A DNA stretch of 45,024 nucleotides from an uncultured Phycisphaerae bacterium (GTDB lineage: Bacteria > Planctomycetota > Phycisphaerae > Phycisphaerales > SM1A02), in NCBI GenBank assembly GCA_937899935.1, contig CALCOW010000150.1, positions 1 through 45,024 on the forward strand, given 5' to 3'. Under the pieces are notes generated by a model. It did no database searches, was not told the DNA's origin, and saw only the letters and a list, made by a program, of their open reading frames with translations. A program made the position numbers and the translations under genes. Positions 42,954-45,024 of this stretch are shown piece by piece (position 1 is the stretch's first letter; each line of letters starts with the position of its first letter).

Positions 42954-44741
42954 ATGAAACCAGTGGTCCTCGTGTTGGGCATTATTTTTCTTCTTGTATC
43001 CGCAACATTTTCGGGCTTGCTGGTCTTTGATCATATGGGCGGCCTCTCCTTACCCGGCTGTGGTGAAGGCAGCGGATGTGCCGATCTTGCAAACGGCGTT
43101 TGGGGACGTGTACCAGGTGTGAATTGGCCGGTCAGTTGTTTAGGGTTCGCCTATTTCATCGCGGCAATCGTGGGCTGGATTTTGTGCAGAGGCACCGGTG
43201 GCGTGAGCTTTGGCTTTAGGTGGATTGTTCGAATCGCAGCGCTTGCCTCACTCGTCTTCTTGTTCGTGATGGTGACGAAGGCCACATTTTGCCTCTATTG
43301 CTTTGTCGCCCATCTTGGCAACTTTGCCTTCTGGGCCACCATGGAAATTGCAGCGCCTCGCATCAAGCGCGACAACGAAGCTCCAGCTTTGGCTTTGATC
43401 ATTGTCTTCTTTGTTGCCACTCTTATTTTGTTCATCATCGATAGTTCCGTACAAGCTCGTGCTGAAATGCAGGCGGGCAAAGAACTCACCGAGTCAACGC
43501 AACAAATTATTGATGGTGCGGACCAAACGAGCGAAACATCTGCGATTGCAGTTACTTCAGATGATCCAGGATTTATTGGACGATACCCCTCTGGTCCCGA
43601 AAACGCGCCTATTCGTATCGTGATCTTCTCTGACTATCAATGCATGGACTGTAAGGAAATTGAACGTCAGCTTATGGCGCTTCTTGGAGAACGAGATGAT
43701 TTATTGGTCTCGATGAAGCACTTCCCCTTTGGTAAAGACTGTAATCCTCTTCTCAACTCAGATCTTCACCCCGAGGCGTGTCGTGCCGCCGCTTATGCTG
43801 AAGCGATCGGTATGATCGGAGGCCCCGAAGCATTCTGGCGCGCCCACTTCTGGCTCTTTGAGAACCTTGGATCAGTCAGTGACCAACAATTAATAGAATT
43901 CCTCAACGCTTTAGGAATCAGTATTGCTGAATTCCAACAAACCTTGGCGAGTCCAGAGATATCCGAACGTATTAGAGCTGATATTGAAGAGGGCCGGTCT
44001 TTGGGCCTGTACTTCACGCCGATGGTCTTTATTAATGGCGTACAGCTACGTGGATACCGTGCACCAAACGCTCTGCTTGAGACGGTACGTAACGTCGCGG
44101 CAACCAATCCACCGCCAGGGCACTCTCGCCAAGACACGCCTGATCTTGCCGCTGAAAAATATGTGAATGATTGGCGGTCGAATTCCAGGAAACAACGTTT
44201 CTGGACACCAGGTTCGGTCACGATTGATGTGATTGGCGACTACACTCACCAGTTGTGCGGCTATGCCAATGAAGAAGTTCTTAAGTTGATTGAGAATGAC
44301 CCGAACGTCATATACCGCTTCCACCCATTCCCCTTTGATAAATCATGTAACTCCTTCGTGAAAAGGACCGAACGGCCACTTGGTTGCGATGCTGCGAGCC
44401 TTGTTGAAGCCGCTCGGTTCTATGGTGGCTCAGAAGCAGGAGACGCCGTTGGGCAGATGATCCTCAATGGTACGAGACAGAATGCAAACTTCTATAGTCC
44501 GATGACAGTGAATCAGGCAGCAGAATTGATTGATGCTGATCCCTATGACTTACAAGCGATCATGAATTCAACTGACGTCAAATCATCTTTAGATTCAAAG
44601 ATTAAAGAGGCCTCTAAACTGATTCATAGAGGTATTCCAACGGTGTACATCAATGGCAGGAATGTCCCACGGTGGCGCATGGACGGGGATAATATCCTCG
44701 GTCGCGTCTATGAACTTGCTAAAAAAGAGTCTGCCCAATAG
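42954..44741 (+). CDS. vitamin K epoxide reductase (VKOR) membrane domain fused to two DsbA-like thioredoxin-fold domains
   Basis: VKOR loop cysteines LPGCGEGSGCADL and TM CXXC FCLYCFVAH within four or five TM helices. The first DsbA-like domain has an intact CXXC (IVIFSDYQCMDCKEIE). A second DsbA-like repeat follows (IDVIGDYTHQLCGYANEEV...GIPTVYINGR). Start chosen at ATG 42954 (MKPVVLVLGIIF...). GTG 42915 or TTG 42897 are possible. Confidence 0.78.
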   Translation: MKPVVLVLGIIFLLVSATFSGLLVFDHMGGLSLPGCGEGSGCADLANGVWGRVPGVNWPVSCLGFAYFIAAIVGWILCRGTGGVSFGFRWIVRIAALASLVFLFVMVTKATFCLYCFVAHLGNFAFWATMEIAAPRIKRDNEAPALALIIVFFVATLILFIIDSSVQARAEMQAGKELTESTQQIIDGADQTSETSAIAVTSDDPGFIGRYPSGPENAPIRIVIFSDYQCMDCKEIERQLMALLGERDDLLVSMKHFPFGKDCNPLLNSDLHPEACRAAAYAEAIGMIGGPEAFWRAHFWLFENLGSVSDQQLIEFLNALGISIAEFQQTLASPEISERIRADIEEGRSLGLYFTPMVFINGVQLRGYRAPNALLETVRNVAATNPPPGHSRQDTPDLAAEKYVNDWRSNSRKQRFWTPGSVTIDVIGDYTHQLCGYANEEVLKLIENDPNVIYRFHPFPFDKSCNSFVKRTERPLGCDAASLVEAARFYGGSEAGDAVGQMILNGTRQNANFYSPMTVNQAAELIDADPYDLQAIMNSTDVKSSLDSKIKEASKLIHRGIPTVYINGRNVPRWRMDGDNILGRVYELAKKESAQ

Positions 44742-44755
44742 ATGAAACCCTTGGG

Positions 44756-45024
44756 TTAGGGGGCTGGAATGACCTGGTATATTTTTCCCTTTTGTCCGTA
44801 CGCTACATCAAAGCCACACGCATAAAGCTCGCCATCTGGACCTACGCCAAAAGATGTAATGGACTTTGGAATTCGCGAGTGAAAGACGACTCGTTCTGCG
44901 GTCAGACGGCCGTCTTTCGCACGAAGGCCCCAGATGCGACCACTCATGAAGTCGGCCACGAAATAGATGCCATCCAATTGTGGGTAGGCTTTTCCGCGAT
45001 ACACATACCCGCCAGTGATTGAAC
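44756..45024 (-). CDS. C-terminal fragment of a PQQ-dependent (soluble glucose/sorbosone dehydrogenase-type) beta-propeller protein; 5' end off the right edge
   Basis: The reading frame stays open upstream of the track Met to the window edge (..SITGGYVYRGKAYPQLDGIYFVADFMSGRIWGL...GPDGELYACGF...GKIYQVIP). The GGxxYRGxxxPxLxGxYxFxDxxxGxIW block is typical of the last propeller blades of this family. Confidence 0.6.
   Translation of the reverse strand, partial: SITGGYVYRGKAYPQLDGIYFVADFMSGRIWGLRAKDGRLTAERVVFHSRIPKSITSFGVGPDGELYACGFDVAYGQKGKIYQVIPAP

Noticed and set aside
1-45024. CRISPR arrays, tandem repeats, IS elements, integrases, prophage genes, tRNA/rRNA genes, recoded stop codons
   Set aside because: Reading through the window, I saw no spaced direct repeats, no terminal inverted repeats flanking an ORF and no transposase, integrase or phage-like translations. 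There are no in-frame stops in the conserved housekeeping genes. This was visual inspection only; no repeat-finding or tRNA-scanning computation was possible.

Overview
This is a gene-dense 45-kb window with about 37 CDS on both strands. GC looks roughly balanced by eye, and the conserved genes read through intact under the standard code. It reads as core chromosome of a diderm bacterium. The gene content (PEGA lipoprotein, tricorn-type protease, VKOR-DsbA fusion, HTH_17-receiver regulators, convergent genes that abut or overlap) fits a Planctomycetota/PVC-like lineage best; that placement is a low-confidence inference.

Housekeeping anchors:
- thiE (partial, left edge), an LMW protein-tyrosine phosphatase, lptB and a class IV aminotransferase
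- dnaE, tsaB, upp and an FCY1-type cytosine deaminase
- a thiolase, fbp, a PrpD/MmgE-family protein and argS
- a PQQ-type sugar dehydrogenase fragment (right edge)

I saw no rRNA or tRNA genes, CRISPR array, integrase, transposase, phage genes or restriction enzyme, so there is no obvious mobile or defence island.

I cannot point to one clear-cut novel system. The candidates most worth follow-up are:
1. An outer-membrane-factor plus membrane-fusion-protein pair with no inner-membrane pump. It is followed by a barrel-less POTRA lipoprotein that is translationally coupled to a cytosine deaminase and an S41 lipoprotein peptidase.
2. Two adjacent regulators whose receiver domains both lack the phospho-acceptor Asp.
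3. A B12-binding-domain/MeaB-GTPase fusion with no mutase catalytic subunit nearby.
4. A four-gene cluster (1377-4315) with no domains I recognise.
5. An orphan beta-class DNA methyltransferase next to a 405-bp non-coding region that carries a perfect 17-bp palindrome.

All functional calls rest on motif recognition in the supplied or hand-made translations. No database search was run.
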